DNA of 64,000 nt, from assembly GCA_963805075.1 (NCBI GenBank), contig CAWDSZ010000001.1, positions 72,862 through 136,861 on the forward strand. The letters are read 5' to 3'. Source of the DNA: an uncultured Solirubrobacterales bacterium. Lineage in GTDB: Bacteria; Actinomycetota; Thermoleophilia; Solirubrobacterales; 70-9. A model generated the notes under the pieces. The model saw nothing but the letters and a program-made list of their open reading frames with translations, was not told where the DNA came from and made no database searches. Position numbers and translations under genes: made by a program. Positions 14,453 to 24,144 of this stretch are shown here, piece after piece (the stretch's first letter is position 1; each line of letters opens with the position of its first letter).

Positions 14453-15238
14453 GGCGCCCTCGCGGTGGTCGCGATACCAATGGCACATCCTCCGCAGCTC
14501 GCACTCGCCGCAGCGGGGGCGGGGTCGGCAGAGGGCGCGGCCGTGCCGGATCAGGTTGACGTGGAGCTCGTACGCGTCCTCGGGCGGGGTGATCGCGAGC
14601 ATCTCGTCGTGGGCCTCCTCGAAGGAGGCGTTCGGGCGAAAAAGCCCCAACCGCGCCCCGACCCGTTTCACGTGGGTGTCGACCGGGATCTCGGGACGGT
14701 CGAAGCTGAAGATGAGGACGCAGGCGGCCGTCTTGCGCCCGACCCCGGGCAGGTCGGTGAGATGGTCGAGGGCCTGCCGGCGCGGCGCCTCCGCCAGCCA
14801 GTCGAGGTCGGGCGGGTCGCCGATGTTCTCCAGCACGTGCTGGATCCGGGGCGTCTTCGACGGCGCCAACCCCCCGGGCCGCAGCGCCTCCTCCAATTCC
14901 TCGGGAGGGGCGTCCCGGACCTCCTCCCAGGTGGGGAAGCGCTCGCGCATGCGGGCGTAGGCGACGTCGCGGTTGTTGTCGTTGGTGTTCTGGGAGAGGA
15001 TCGTCCGCACCAGCTCGGCGATCGGGTGGCCATGCGGCTCGTTCACCGGGCGCCCGTACATCTCGCGGAGGCGGTCGCGGATGGCGAGCACCCGCCGGCG
15101 CGAGGGACGCCGCCAGGAGGGATCCCGCTTCGGGATCCGACCGACCTCCTCGGCCAGGCCGGTGCGCCGCCCCCGCTCGGCCAGCTCCCGCGCCCTGCGG
15201 TCGGGCTCGGCGATCGCGTCCTTGCTGGGCAGCGGCAC
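14426..15238 (-). CDS. nth: Endonuclease III-like HhH-GPD DNA glycosylase with Fe-S cluster
   Basis: ILSQNTNDNN, the HhH LPGVGRKTAACVL, VDTHV, and C-terminal CRPRPRCGECELRRMC. The last ~7 codons and the stop lie inside repeat copy A. Confidence 0.8.
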   Translation of the reverse strand: MPLPSKDAIAEPDRRARELAERGRRTGLAEEVGRIPKRDPSWRRPSRRRVLAIRDRLREMYGRPVNEPHGHPIAELVRTILSQNTNDNNRDVAYARMRERFPTWEEVRDAPPEELEEALRPGGLAPSKTPRIQHVLENIGDPPDLDWLAEAPRRQALDHLTDLPGVGRKTAACVLIFSFDRPEIPVDTHVKRVGARLGLFRPNASFEEAHDEMLAITPPEDAYELHVNLIRHGRALCRPRPRCGECELRRMCHWYRDHREGAVNRGRSGR

Positions 15239-15264
15239 GAGGCGAGGATATTGTCCGGCCGGGC

Positions 15265-16101
15265 GTGGCCGACAGCGGCAAAGATCGCATCGAGACCGGC
15301 AGCGTCGTCGTCGACGGCGTCGCGGTCTTCTTCCGGCGCATCCCGGGGGAGGGCCCTCCGGTCGTCCTCGCCCACGGCGTGCCGAACCACTCCGAGCGGT
15401 GGCTGCCCTTCCTGGGCCGCATGCGGGGCCCCGCGCTCGCCTTCGACCTGCCGGGCTTCGGGCGCTCCGCGCGGCCCGACCCGGCGAGCTTCGATTATTC
15501 AGCCCGTGGCCAGGGCGCCTTCTTCGGCACCGCGCTCGAGGCCCTCGGGGTCACCGATCACGCCCTCTGCGTCCACGACTGGGGTGCCCTGGGCCTGATC
15601 GCGGCGCAGCGTGAGCCGGCCCTGGTGAAGCGGCTCTGCATCATCAACGCGGTGCCGCTGCTGCCGGGGTATCGCTGGCATCGCACCGCCCGCGGCTGGC
15701 GCACCCCGGTGCTCGGCGAGCTCTCGCTGCGGCTGTTCACGAAGCGGACGCTGGCGCTGGGCTTGCGCGAGTCGCGGGGCGATTGGAGCGCTCCGCCCGA
15801 CGAGTTCGTGGAGATGATCCGGGAGCACCTCGACCGCGGCACCTTCGACGCGATCCTGCGGCTGTACCGCTCGGCTCCCTCCGAGGAGCTCGCGCGCCTG
15901 GGCGAGGGCCTGGGTTCGATCGAGGCCCCGGCGCTGGTGGCCTGGTCGACGAAGGACCGCTACCTGCCGCTTCGATTCGGGCGTGCCTACGCCGACGCGC
16001 TGCCGAACGCCGAGCTGCTGGAGCTGCCCGGGCTCGGGCACTGGCCATGGCTCGAGGACCCTTCGCTGGTCGATCGCGCCGTCGCCTTCCTCGAACCCTG
16101 A
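15265..16101 (+). CDS. Alpha/beta hydrolase (haloalkane dehalogenase / epoxide hydrolase-like)
   Basis: VVLAHGVPNHSERW, nucleophile elbow VHDWGALG, and C-terminal LPGLGHWPWLEDP. Confidence 0.75.
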   Translation: MADSGKDRIETGSVVVDGVAVFFRRIPGEGPPVVLAHGVPNHSERWLPFLGRMRGPALAFDLPGFGRSARPDPASFDYSARGQGAFFGTALEALGVTDHALCVHDWGALGLIAAQREPALVKRLCIINAVPLLPGYRWHRTARGWRTPVLGELSLRLFTKRTLALGLRESRGDWSAPPDEFVEMIREHLDRGTFDAILRLYRSAPSEELARLGEGLGSIEAPALVAWSTKDRYLPLRFGRAYADALPNAELLELPGLGHWPWLEDPSLVDRAVAFLEP

Positions 16102-16164
16102 ACACCAGGCGGAGCGCCGAAAACAGGCCGGTTACCCGCACCCGGATCGGTGGGCTACCTCACG

Positions 16165-16192
16165 TTGGTTGTTAACGGGCGGTGACTAGAAT
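16165..16192 (+). promoter_or_regulatory. Sigma-70-type promoter candidate for the inositol-lipid operon (leaderless geometry)
   Basis: TTGGTT (16165-16170), a 16-nt spacer, then TAGAAT (16187-16192). The -10 ends 8 nt before the GTG at 16201 and there is no Shine-Dalgarno. Confidence 0.45.
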
Positions 16193-16200
16193 CTGCGATC

Positions 16201-16968
16201 GTGCGCGCTCTGATCGCAAGGACCGGTCGTTGGCTTCCTCAAGGATGGGGTGATGCCGGCCGCCAGGTCGGCCTCTTCGTCCTGGCCGACGTCTGCTACG
16301 AGACCGTGCGCGGGATCGCCGACGGCCAGCGCGCCGAGGCGTTCGCCAACGGCGCCTGGGTGATCGACGTCGAGGCGGCGACCGGCACCTTCTTCGAGCC
16401 GGACCTGCAGGGGCTCCTGATCGACCACCGCTGGCTGATCGACCTGGCCAACTTCTCCTACATGAACACCCACTTCGTGCTCACGACGGGGTTCCTCGTC
16501 TGGCTCTACCTCTACCGCAACGAGCACTTCTACTTCGTCCGCAACATGTTCATGGTCGCGATGGCGCTGGCCCTGGTCGGGTACACGCTGGTGCCGACCG
16601 CGCCGCCGCGCCTGATCGAGGGCTACGGGTTCGTGGACACGATCAACCAATACGCCCAGGTCACACACGACTCCGCGCTGGTCAAGATCTTCATCAACCC
16701 CTACGCCGCGATCCCCAGCATGCACTGCGCCTTCGCGCTGATGATCGGCGCGACCGGGGTCCTGGTCTCCAAGCACACCGTCAGCAAGGTCTTCTGGAGC
16801 GTCTATCCGGTGTTCGTGCTGTTCGTCGTCATCGTCACGGCCAACCACTTCTGGCTTGACGGGGCGATCGGCTGGGGTGTCGCCGGCGTCTCGGCGCTTG
16901 CAGCCGCCCAGCTGGCCCGGATGCGCCCCACCGCTTGGTCGTTCGGTCGGCGGCCGGCGACGGCTTGA
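16201..16968 (+). CDS. PAP2-superfamily membrane phosphotransferase, Aur1/Ipt1-like (paralog 1)
   Basis: Multi-pass membrane protein with NPYAAIPSMHCAF (PSxH, C2 motif) and TANHFWLDGAIG (H-x3-D, C3 motif). The pattern resembles fungal IPC synthase (PSLH .. HHYxxD). Confidence 0.65.
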   Translation: MRALIARTGRWLPQGWGDAGRQVGLFVLADVCYETVRGIADGQRAEAFANGAWVIDVEAATGTFFEPDLQGLLIDHRWLIDLANFSYMNTHFVLTTGFLVWLYLYRNEHFYFVRNMFMVAMALALVGYTLVPTAPPRLIEGYGFVDTINQYAQVTHDSALVKIFINPYAAIPSMHCAFALMIGATGVLVSKHTVSKVFWSVYPVFVLFVVIVTANHFWLDGAIGWGVAGVSALAAAQLARMRPTAWSFGRRPATA

Positions 16969-18575
16969 GCAATCGCGACCGCTTTCGCCGCTTCGCCGAG
17001 CCCGGCCTGATCGCCGCCGCGTTCGGGATCGCGTACCTGATCATGGAGCCGTCCAGCGCGGACCACGCCGCGCAGGTGTTCCGCTCGGGCCTGTTCGAGG
17101 ACGAGGGCCTGTCGGCCTGGAACAACCTCTGGTTCGGCGGCCACCACATCCCCGGCTACAGCGTCCTCTTCCCCTTCCTCGGCTCGCTGATCGGGCCCCG
17201 CGAGACCGCCGTCCTGGCGACGGTGGTCGCGGCCGTCCTCTTCGGCGCCATCGCCTACCGCCGCTGGGGCGATCGGGCCCGGCTCGGGGTGGTCTGGTTC
17301 GCGGCGGGCAGCTCGATCAACCTGTTCACGGGCCGTCTGGCTTTCGCGCTGGGGATCGCGATCGCCCTGGCGGCGGTCTTCGCCGCCCAGCGCGGCTGGC
17401 GGCCCGCCGGGGTCGTCCTCGCCGTCCTCACTCCGCTCGCGAGCCCGGTCGCCGCCCTGTTCCTGGCCTGCGCCGCCGTGGCCCACTCGGTCGCGGAGCG
17501 CAGCCGCGCGGGCATCGAGTTGGCGGTGGCGGCGCTGGGAACCGCGGTGCTGCTGGCCTTCGCCTTCCCGGAGGGGGGCACCGAGCCCTTCGTCGCCTCC
17601 AGCTTCCAGCCGGCCCTGCTGATCGCACTCGCCGTCTTCATCGCGATCCCGAGGGAGGAGAGGCTGCTCCGCTACGGGGTCGCCGCCTACGCGGCGGCGC
17701 TGGCGGGAGCCTTCCTGATCGATTCGCCGATGGGGGGGAACGCCACCCGCATGGGGGCGCTGTTCCTCGGCCCCGCCCTCGCCTTCGGGCTGTGGCGGCG
17801 ACAGAAGGTCGTGCTGGCGCTGCTCGCTCCGTTCCTCGTCTACTGGCAGTTCTCCCCGGTGGTCCGAGACCTCGAGACCGTCGTCGCCCAGCCCTCGGTG
17901 GAGTCGTCGTACTACGCGCCGGTGCGCGACTACGTCCGCGGCGTTCCGAATCACCAGCGCCATCGCGTCGAGGTGCTGCCGGCCGAGCACCACTGGGAGG
18001 CGGCGCACGTGCCCAGGGGGATCTACATCGCGCGCGGCTGGGAGCGCCAGCTCGACCGCAAGCTCAACGCCCTCTTCTATGAGGACGAGAACGGGCCCCT
18101 CACCTCGGCGGACTACAAGGTCTGGCTCGACGAGCTCGCGGTCGGCTTCGTCGCGGTTCCGAATTCCGAGCTCGACTACGCGGCCGAGGCCGAGGCGAGG
18201 CTGATCGCCGACGGGCTCCCCTACCTGAAGCAGGATTTCGTCAGCGAGGACTGGACCATCTACCGCGTCCGCGACCCCGCCCCGCTGGCGTTCGGCGCGG
18301 GCGATCGGGTCAAGCTGACCCCGCAGGGGTTCGTGCTGATCGCCGACTCGCCCGGGACGATCGTGGTCAAGGTGCGCTGGACCCCGTACTGGTCGATCGA
18401 AGAGGGGACCGGTTGCCTCGAGGAGTCCACGCGCGGCTTCACCCGCGTGATCGTGCCGGAGCAGGGGCGCCTGCGGATCGGCGTTGACTTCAGTCCGTTG
18501 CGCGCCCTCGACCGCGGCCAGCGCTGCGCCGACCATCCCCCCGTCACCAGCGGCTGGGAGGAAGCGGTCAAGTGA
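16935..18575 (+). CDS. Large polytopic membrane protein with C-terminal soluble domain (possible GT-C-fold glycosyltransferase)
   Basis: ORF 16935..18575 has roughly 9-11 hydrophobic helices, then a ~200-aa soluble C-terminus. An in-frame TTG at 16965 overlaps the upstream stop (TTGA). The family assignment is inferred from architecture only. Confidence 0.45.
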   Translation: MVVRSAAGDGLSNRDRFRRFAEPGLIAAAFGIAYLIMEPSSADHAAQVFRSGLFEDEGLSAWNNLWFGGHHIPGYSVLFPFLGSLIGPRETAVLATVVAAVLFGAIAYRRWGDRARLGVVWFAAGSSINLFTGRLAFALGIAIALAAVFAAQRGWRPAGVVLAVLTPLASPVAALFLACAAVAHSVAERSRAGIELAVAALGTAVLLAFAFPEGGTEPFVASSFQPALLIALAVFIAIPREERLLRYGVAAYAAALAGAFLIDSPMGGNATRMGALFLGPALAFGLWRRQKVVLALLAPFLVYWQFSPVVRDLETVVAQPSVESSYYAPVRDYVRGVPNHQRHRVEVLPAEHHWEAAHVPRGIYIARGWERQLDRKLNALFYEDENGPLTSADYKVWLDELAVGFVAVPNSELDYAAEAEARLIADGLPYLKQDFVSEDWTIYRVRDPAPLAFGAGDRVKLTPQGFVLIADSPGTIVVKVRWTPYWSIEEGTGCLEESTRGFTRVIVPEQGRLRIGVDFSPLRALDRGQRCADHPPVTSGWEEAVK

Positions 18576-19374
18576 GCTTCGGCCGCCCTGCGGCGGCGCC
18601 TGCTGCCGCGGGGCCCGCTGGACCTGCTCGTCCAGTTCGTGGTGATCGCGGCGGCCTACACGGCCTGGCGCTACGCGCGCGGCGCCGTCGCCCCCTCGGA
18701 CCTGTCGTCGGCCTTCGCCAGCGGCCGCGACCTGGTCTCCTTCGAGGACTCGATCGGGACGCTGATCGAGGCCGACGTGCAGAGTTGGGCCCTGGAGCGG
18801 GAGTGGACGGCCGAGCTGGCGCGCTGGGGCTACGCCAACCTCCATTTCAAGGGCAGCGTGCTGGCGCTGGCCGTGATCTTCTTCGCATATCGAGGCAGCT
18901 ACGGGTTCGTGCGTAATACGGTGATCGCGGCAATGGCCATCTCCGTCCTCTCCTACTGGCTCTATCCGGTCGCTCCGCCGCGGTTCCTCCCCGAGCTGGG
19001 GCTGGACGCCGCGACCTCGGTCACCGGCAACAACACGCTCCTGAGCAGCCCCGACGACCCCCTCTTCAACCCGGTCGCCGCGGTGCCGTCGATGCACGTC
19101 GGCCTCTCGGTGATCTTCTCCTGGTCGCTGGCGCTGCTGGTGCCCGTGGCGGCCCCTGAAGGCGGTCCTGTTCGCCTACCCCCTGCTGATGACCTACGTC
19201 GTCGTGGCGAGCGGCAACCACTACTGGATCGACGCGCTCTTCGGCCTCATCACCGCCGCGGCCGCGGCCGGGGTCGCGATGCTGCTGGCGCGGGTGAACC
19301 CGGACTGGGCCTTCGGCGCCCCGGCTGATCCGGAGCCGGCCGGCGCCACCGGGACGAGAACGGTGGCCGCGTGA
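18572..19374 (+). CDS. PAP2-superfamily membrane phosphotransferase, Aur1/Ipt1-like (paralog 2; two apparent frame changes)
   Basis: The GTG at 18572 overlaps the upstream stop (GTGA). The body is in ORF 18639..19328 ([14 protein letters not shown]) and the tail in ORF 19189..19374 ([13 protein letters not shown]). The frame changes sit at the CCC runs 18586-18588 and about 19143-19146. Confidence 0.65.
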
Positions 19375-20033
19375 ACGAGCGCCCGATGGCCACGGCCGCA
19401 GAGGAGATCTCGACGGCGATGCGCAATCGGCTGATCGAGTCCCGCCTCACCCCCAACGCGATCTCGATGGTGGGCCTGGCCGGCAACCTGGCCGCCGCGG
19501 TGCTCGTCTGGGAGGGCTACTACTTCCTCGGCGGGGTCGCCTTCATCCTCGGCTCGATCATGGACACGCTCGACGGCCGCTACGCGCGCGTCTCGGGCAA
19601 GGGGACGCTCTTCGGCGCCTTCCTCGACTCCACTCTGGACCGGGTCGAGGAGGGGATCGTGATCACCGCCGTCGCCTACCGCTTCGCCGTGACCGGCGAC
19701 GAGTTCGCGGCGGCGATGTGCGTCTTCGTGGTGCTCGGCTCGCTGATGGTCTCCTATACGCGCGCCCGGGCCGAGGCGCTGGGCGTGGAATGCAAGGTCG
19801 GTGTCGCCACGCGACCCGTCAGAGTGGTCATACTGTCCATCGGCCTCGTCTTCGCAAAAGGGGCCGGAGTCTTCGACATCGAGCTGCTGGCTCCCGCGAT
19901 CTACGCGATGGCCGTGCTCACCGCCTTCACCGTCGTGCAGCGTGTCTGGCACGTCAGAAACGCGCTGAAGGAGATGGAGAGGACCTCAGAAGGGCCCCAG
20001 ACCGGGCCGGAGGGCGCTACCGCGGACGTGTAA
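19371..20033 (+). CDS. CDP-alcohol phosphatidyltransferase (phosphatidylinositol-phosphate synthase-like)
   Basis: [30 protein letters not shown] matches D-G-x2-A-R-x8-G-x3-D-x3-D. The GTG start overlaps the upstream stop (GTGA). The gene sits immediately upstream of ino1. Confidence 0.8.
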   Translation: MNERPMATAAEEISTAMRNRLIESRLTPNAISMVGLAGNLAAAVLVWEGYYFLGGVAFILGSIMDTLDGRYARVSGKGTLFGAFLDSTLDRVEEGIVITAVAYRFAVTGDEFAAAMCVFVVLGSLMVSYTRARAEALGVECKVGVATRPVRVVILSIGLVFAKGAGVFDIELLAPAIYAMAVLTAFTVVQRVWHVRNALKEMERTSEGPQTGPEGATADV

Positions 20034-20098
20034 CCGCAGCGCCCCGCAAGTGTGGTCTCTGGGCCAAGTCTTCGCATCCAGGAGGGTTTTTCAGCCAT

Positions 20099-21334
20099 AT
20101 GAGCACCGTCAACGGAAGGACAACCGGCGCGGCCCGCAACGGCGCCCGCGACGAGAAGGTCCGAGTCGCGATCGTCGGCGTCGGGAACTGCGCGAGCTCC
20201 TTCGTGCAGGGCGTGGAGTACTACAAGGACGCCGACCCCGCCGAACAGGTGCCGGGCTTGATGCACGTGGACCTCGGCGGCTACCACGTGAGCGACATCG
20301 AGTTCACGGCCGCCTTCGACATCGACGTCGAGAAGGTCGGCAAGGATCTCTCAGAGGCGATCTTCTCGGGCCAGAACAACACGATGAAGTTCTCCGACGT
20401 CCCCAAGCTGGGGGTGAAGGTGCACCGGGGCATGACCCACGACGGCCTCGGCAAGTACCTGAAGGAGAAGATCACCAAGGCCCCGGGCCAGACCGCCGAC
20501 ATCGTCGGCATCCTGCAGGACACGCAGACGGACGTGCTGGTCTGCTACCTGCCGGTCGGCTCGGAGCAGGCGACCAAGTGGTACGTCGAGCAGGCCCTGG
20601 CGGCCGGCGTCGGCTTCGTCAACTGCCTGCCGGTCTTCATCGCGCGCGAGGACTACTGGAACAAGCGCTTCGACGAGGCGGGCCTGCCGATCATCGGCGA
20701 CGACATCAAGTCCCAGGTGGGCGCGACGATCGTGCACCGCCAGCTCGCCAGGCTGTTCGCCGACCGCGGCGTGCGCATGGAGCGCACCAGCCAGCTCAAC
20801 GTCGGCGGCAACATGGACTTCTACAACATGCTCGAGCGCGAGCGGCTGGAGTCCAAGAAGATCTCCAAGACCAACGCGGTCACGTCGATCATGGACCACG
20901 AGCTGCCGCCCGAGGACGTCTACATCGGCCCCTCGGACTACGTGCCGTGGCTGACCGACCGCAAGTGGGCGCACATCCGCGTCGAGGGCAGGTCCTTCGG
21001 CGACGTGCCGCTCAACGTCGAGCTCAAGCTCGAGGTCTGGGACTCGCCGAACTCGGCGGGGATCGTGATCGACGCCGTTCGCATCATCAAGCTGGCGCTG
21101 AATCACGGCATCGCGGGGCAGCTGGACGGCCCCTCGAGCTATCTGATGAAGTCGCCGCACGACCAGCGGCCCGATCCGATCGCACGCGAGATGACCGAGG
21201 AGTTCATCGCCGAGCACGCCCGCCAGCGCGGCCTCTCCGCCGCCGGCAGGGGTGCCGCCGCCAAGGACGGCGCCGCGAGCAAGGGCAAGAAGGCGAAGAA
21301 GGACAAGAAGAAGGCCAAGGCCAAGTCGAAGTAG
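20099..21334 (+). CDS. ino1: myo-Inositol-1-phosphate synthase with a Lys-rich C-terminal tail
   Basis: The ATG at 20099 is 12 nt after AGGAGGG. Motifs include [18 protein letters not shown], ..[19 protein letters not shown].. and ..[11 protein letters not shown]... The last ~30 aa are [24 protein letters not shown]. Confidence 0.9.
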   Translation: MSTVNGRTTGAARNGARDEKVRVAIVGVGNCASSFVQGVEYYKDADPAEQVPGLMHVDLGGYHVSDIEFTAAFDIDVEKVGKDLSEAIFSGQNNTMKFSDVPKLGVKVHRGMTHDGLGKYLKEKITKAPGQTADIVGILQDTQTDVLVCYLPVGSEQATKWYVEQALAAGVGFVNCLPVFIAREDYWNKRFDEAGLPIIGDDIKSQVGATIVHRQLARLFADRGVRMERTSQLNVGGNMDFYNMLERERLESKKISKTNAVTSIMDHELPPEDVYIGPSDYVPWLTDRKWAHIRVEGRSFGDVPLNVELKLEVWDSPNSAGIVIDAVRIIKLALNHGIAGQLDGPSSYLMKSPHDQRPDPIAREMTEEFIAEHARQRGLSAAGRGAAAKDGAASKGKKAKKDKKKAKAKSK

Positions 21335-21359
21335 GCCCTCGGGCCATCCGGCTTCACGA

Positions 21360-21388
21360 GGGGCGCGCCCGCACGGCGCGCCCCTTTT
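21360..21388 (+). terminator. Rho-independent terminator after ino1
   Basis: GGGGCGCGCC (21360-21369), loop CGCAC, GGCGCGCCCC (21375-21384), then TTTT (21385-21388). This is a perfect 10-bp stem. Confidence 0.85.
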
Positions 21389-21569
21389 CGTTCCGCGCTT
21401 GGCGCCGCCCCCGGGCGAGCGCTGGATCAAGCGGCCGGCCTGGGTTACTCCTGCGCCCTCGCCGGCTGCTCGGCGGGCGCGGTGGCGGAGTGCGCGCTCG
21501 GCTCGGCTCCGGTGTCGCCGCAGCTCTGATCCGTGATCGGCGGGGCGCGGGTCGGCCTATGCTCACGGC

Positions 21570-23472
21570 GTGAGCGGCCAGCAGACACTGGCGGTCGCCC
21601 AGGTCAGCCCGCGCCTCCTGGGATCGCGCCACGAGACCGACGAGTACGTCACCCGCACCTCTGACGTGCTGGCCGAACGCGGGCACCGCGTGCTGATCGC
21701 GGCGCCCTCGGACTCCCGCACCGCGATCCGCGAGGGGCGGCGGGCGATCAAGGCCGCGGCCGACGACCCGGACTCGCTCTGGAGCGGCGAGAACCCGCGC
21801 GTGGTCGCGATCGGGCAGAGCATCCCCCTTCCCAGCGGGCCGCGCCGGCGGCCCTCGCCGATCCCGCTCGACGTCAGCAGGGCCCTGGAGCAGCTGTTCG
21901 AGCGGGTTCCCTTCGACATCGTCCACGTGCACGAGCCCTTCGCCCCCAGCCCGGGCTCGGCGGCCCTGCGCCACTCCCACTCCCTCAACGTCGCCACCTT
22001 TCACGAGCCGGCCGAAAGGGTGCTCTCGACCCAGGTGGCCCGGATGCTGGTCGAGATGTTCTTCGGGCGCATCGACGCGCGCACCGCGAGCAACGTCGCC
22101 ACCGCCGAGATGCTGGAGCAGGTTCTTCCCCGGGCCGTGGGAGGTGATCCGCGCCGGGGCCGACGTGGCCGAGCCGGCGCTGGATCCCGCGCCGCCGGGG
22201 CGGATCCGCATCGTCCACGCCGCCGAGGAGGAGCGGGGCGCCCTGCGCCTGTTCCTTCGCGCCCTGCGACGCCTGCCCGAGGAGCTGGACTGGGAGGGCG
22301 TGATCTGGTTCGACGGCCCGACCGATCCGCTGGCGCGAGTCAGCCGGAGGCTGCGCGAGCGGCTTCGGGTGGTCCGGCCGCGCGACGGGGAGCCTCCGGG
22401 CTTCATCGCCGGAGCCGACATCGTCTGCCTGGCCTCGGGAGGGGTGCGGACGGCGCCCGGGGTGGCGCGCGAAGCGCTCGCCGCCGGCGCGGTGCCGGTC
22501 GTCTCCGACCTCGAGCTGTACCGCGAGCTGGTCGGTGACGGCGAGCGCGGGCTGCTGTTCCCGCTCGGGGACGCGCTCACGCTGGCCGCCCAGCTGGAGC
22601 GCCTCTGCACCGATTCGGAGCTGCGCCGCGGGCTCGGCGCCAAGGGTCGTTCTGGGGGGGAGGGGCGCGGCTGGCCGGAGGTCACCGACGAGCTCGAGGG
22701 CGTCTACAGGCGCCTGGTCGCCCGCCGCCACGACCCGGCGGGGGACCCCGTCGTCCGCGGCCGCCTCGACGGTCGCCCCTACATCCATTGCGACCTGCAC
22801 ATGCACACCGACCACTCCCCCGACTGCGCCACCCCGGTCGAGGTGCTGCTGGCCACGGCCAAGGAGCGCGGCCTGGGGGCGATCGCGATCACCGACCACA
22901 ACGAGGTGTCGGGGGCACTCGAGGCCCGCGAGCTGTCCGAGCGCACCGGCGGCGTCAAGGTGATCGTGGCGGAGGAGGTGAAGACGGCCCACCAGGGCGA
23001 GGTGATCGGCCTCTTCATCGAGGAGAAGATCGAGCGGGGGATGTCGCTGGCCGAGACGATCGCCGAGATCAAGCGCCAGGGCGGGCTGGTCTACGTGCCC
23101 CACCCGTTCGACCGCCTGCACTCGGTCCCGGACTACGAGCACCTGCTGGAGGTGGTCGAGCAGATCGACATCCTCGAGGTCTTCAACCCCCGGATCGCGA
23201 TCGACTCCTTCAACGAGGAGGCGGTGAGGTTCGCGCGCAAGTACGACATCGTCCCCGGCGCCGGCTCGGACAGCCATGTGGCCCAGGGACTGGGCAGCGT
23301 CAAGATCCGGCTGCAAGATTTCGAGGGGCCGGAGGAGTTCCTGGAGTCGATGCGCGCCGCGGACATCGTCCGCAAGCACAAGAACCTGATCTACGTCCAG
23401 GCGCTGAAGTTCCTGCAGACCAGCGGGGGCCGGGGCGGCCGCGCTCTGGCGGCGCGCTCAGGCAAGAGTTGA
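21570..23472 (+). CDS. GT4-family glycosyltransferase fused to a C-terminal PHP phosphoesterase domain (one frame change near 22121)
   Basis: The GT-B N-half is in ORF 21570..22538 (..RVLIAAPSD.., VHVHEPFAP). The rest is in ORF 22144..23472: FPGPWEVIRAGADV, ..APGVAREALAAGAVPVVSD.., then the PHP motifs IHCDLHMHTDHSPDC, AITDHN, YVPHPFD and GAGSDSH. There is no stop between the two domains. Confidence 0.75.
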
Positions 23473-24128
23473 TGCACCCGCAAGGGTCCGGGGCCGCGCC
23501 GAAGAAGAGGCAGGCAGCCGTGCCACCGACCACCGACGACGAGATCCGCGAGAAGTACCTGGAGCGGGCGATACGCGAGCTGAACGACCTGGGCCGGGAC
23601 CTGGCCACCTGCGAGCGTTGCCCGCGCGGCAACGTGATGCCGGTGCAGGGCTCGGGCCATCCCCAGGCTGACATCTTCATGCTCAAGCACACGGCGACGC
23701 CGGCGGAGATCGAGGAGGGGGTCGCGTTCTACGGCCGCGCCGGCAACGCCCTGATGAAGAGCTTCAAGCGGCTCTCGATCGACCCGATCGTGGTCTTCGG
23801 GACGCTCTGCGTCAAGTGCCCCCTGACCGATCCCACCGAAGCCGCCGACCCCTGCGTCGAGCGGATCGCCGAGGAGATCGCGATCGTGCAGCCCCGGATC
23901 GTGGTGGTGATGGGACTCGAGGCCCTCGACGTCCTCAACGAGCTCGAGCTGCCGCTGGCCGACGAGATCGAGCCGCTCGAGGGCGAGGTGCAGCGGCTGA
24001 CGCCGACGATCGACGCGCTGTTCGTCCCCGACATCGACGATTCGCTGGACGAGCAGAGCGCCAAGCAGCGCTTCTGGTCCTCGTTCCGGTCGCTCGGGGA
24101 CTGGTACGACAAGCTGCCGCCGTACTGA
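23472..24128 (+). CDS. Uracil-DNA glycosylase superfamily protein (family 4-like Fe-S cysteines, non-canonical catalytic motifs)
   Basis: The ATG overlaps the upstream stop (TGATG). It has CERCPRG and ..LCVKCP..ADPC cysteines and GRAGNAL. FMLKHTATP replaces the usual GEAPG, and FVPD replaces HPS. Confidence 0.6.
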   Translation: MHPQGSGAAPKKRQAAVPPTTDDEIREKYLERAIRELNDLGRDLATCERCPRGNVMPVQGSGHPQADIFMLKHTATPAEIEEGVAFYGRAGNALMKSFKRLSIDPIVVFGTLCVKCPLTDPTEAADPCVERIAEEIAIVQPRIVVVMGLEALDVLNELELPLADEIEPLEGEVQRLTPTIDALFVPDIDDSLDEQSAKQRFWSSFRSLGDWYDKLPPY

Positions 24129-24144
24129 TCGTCGTCCAGAGTCT

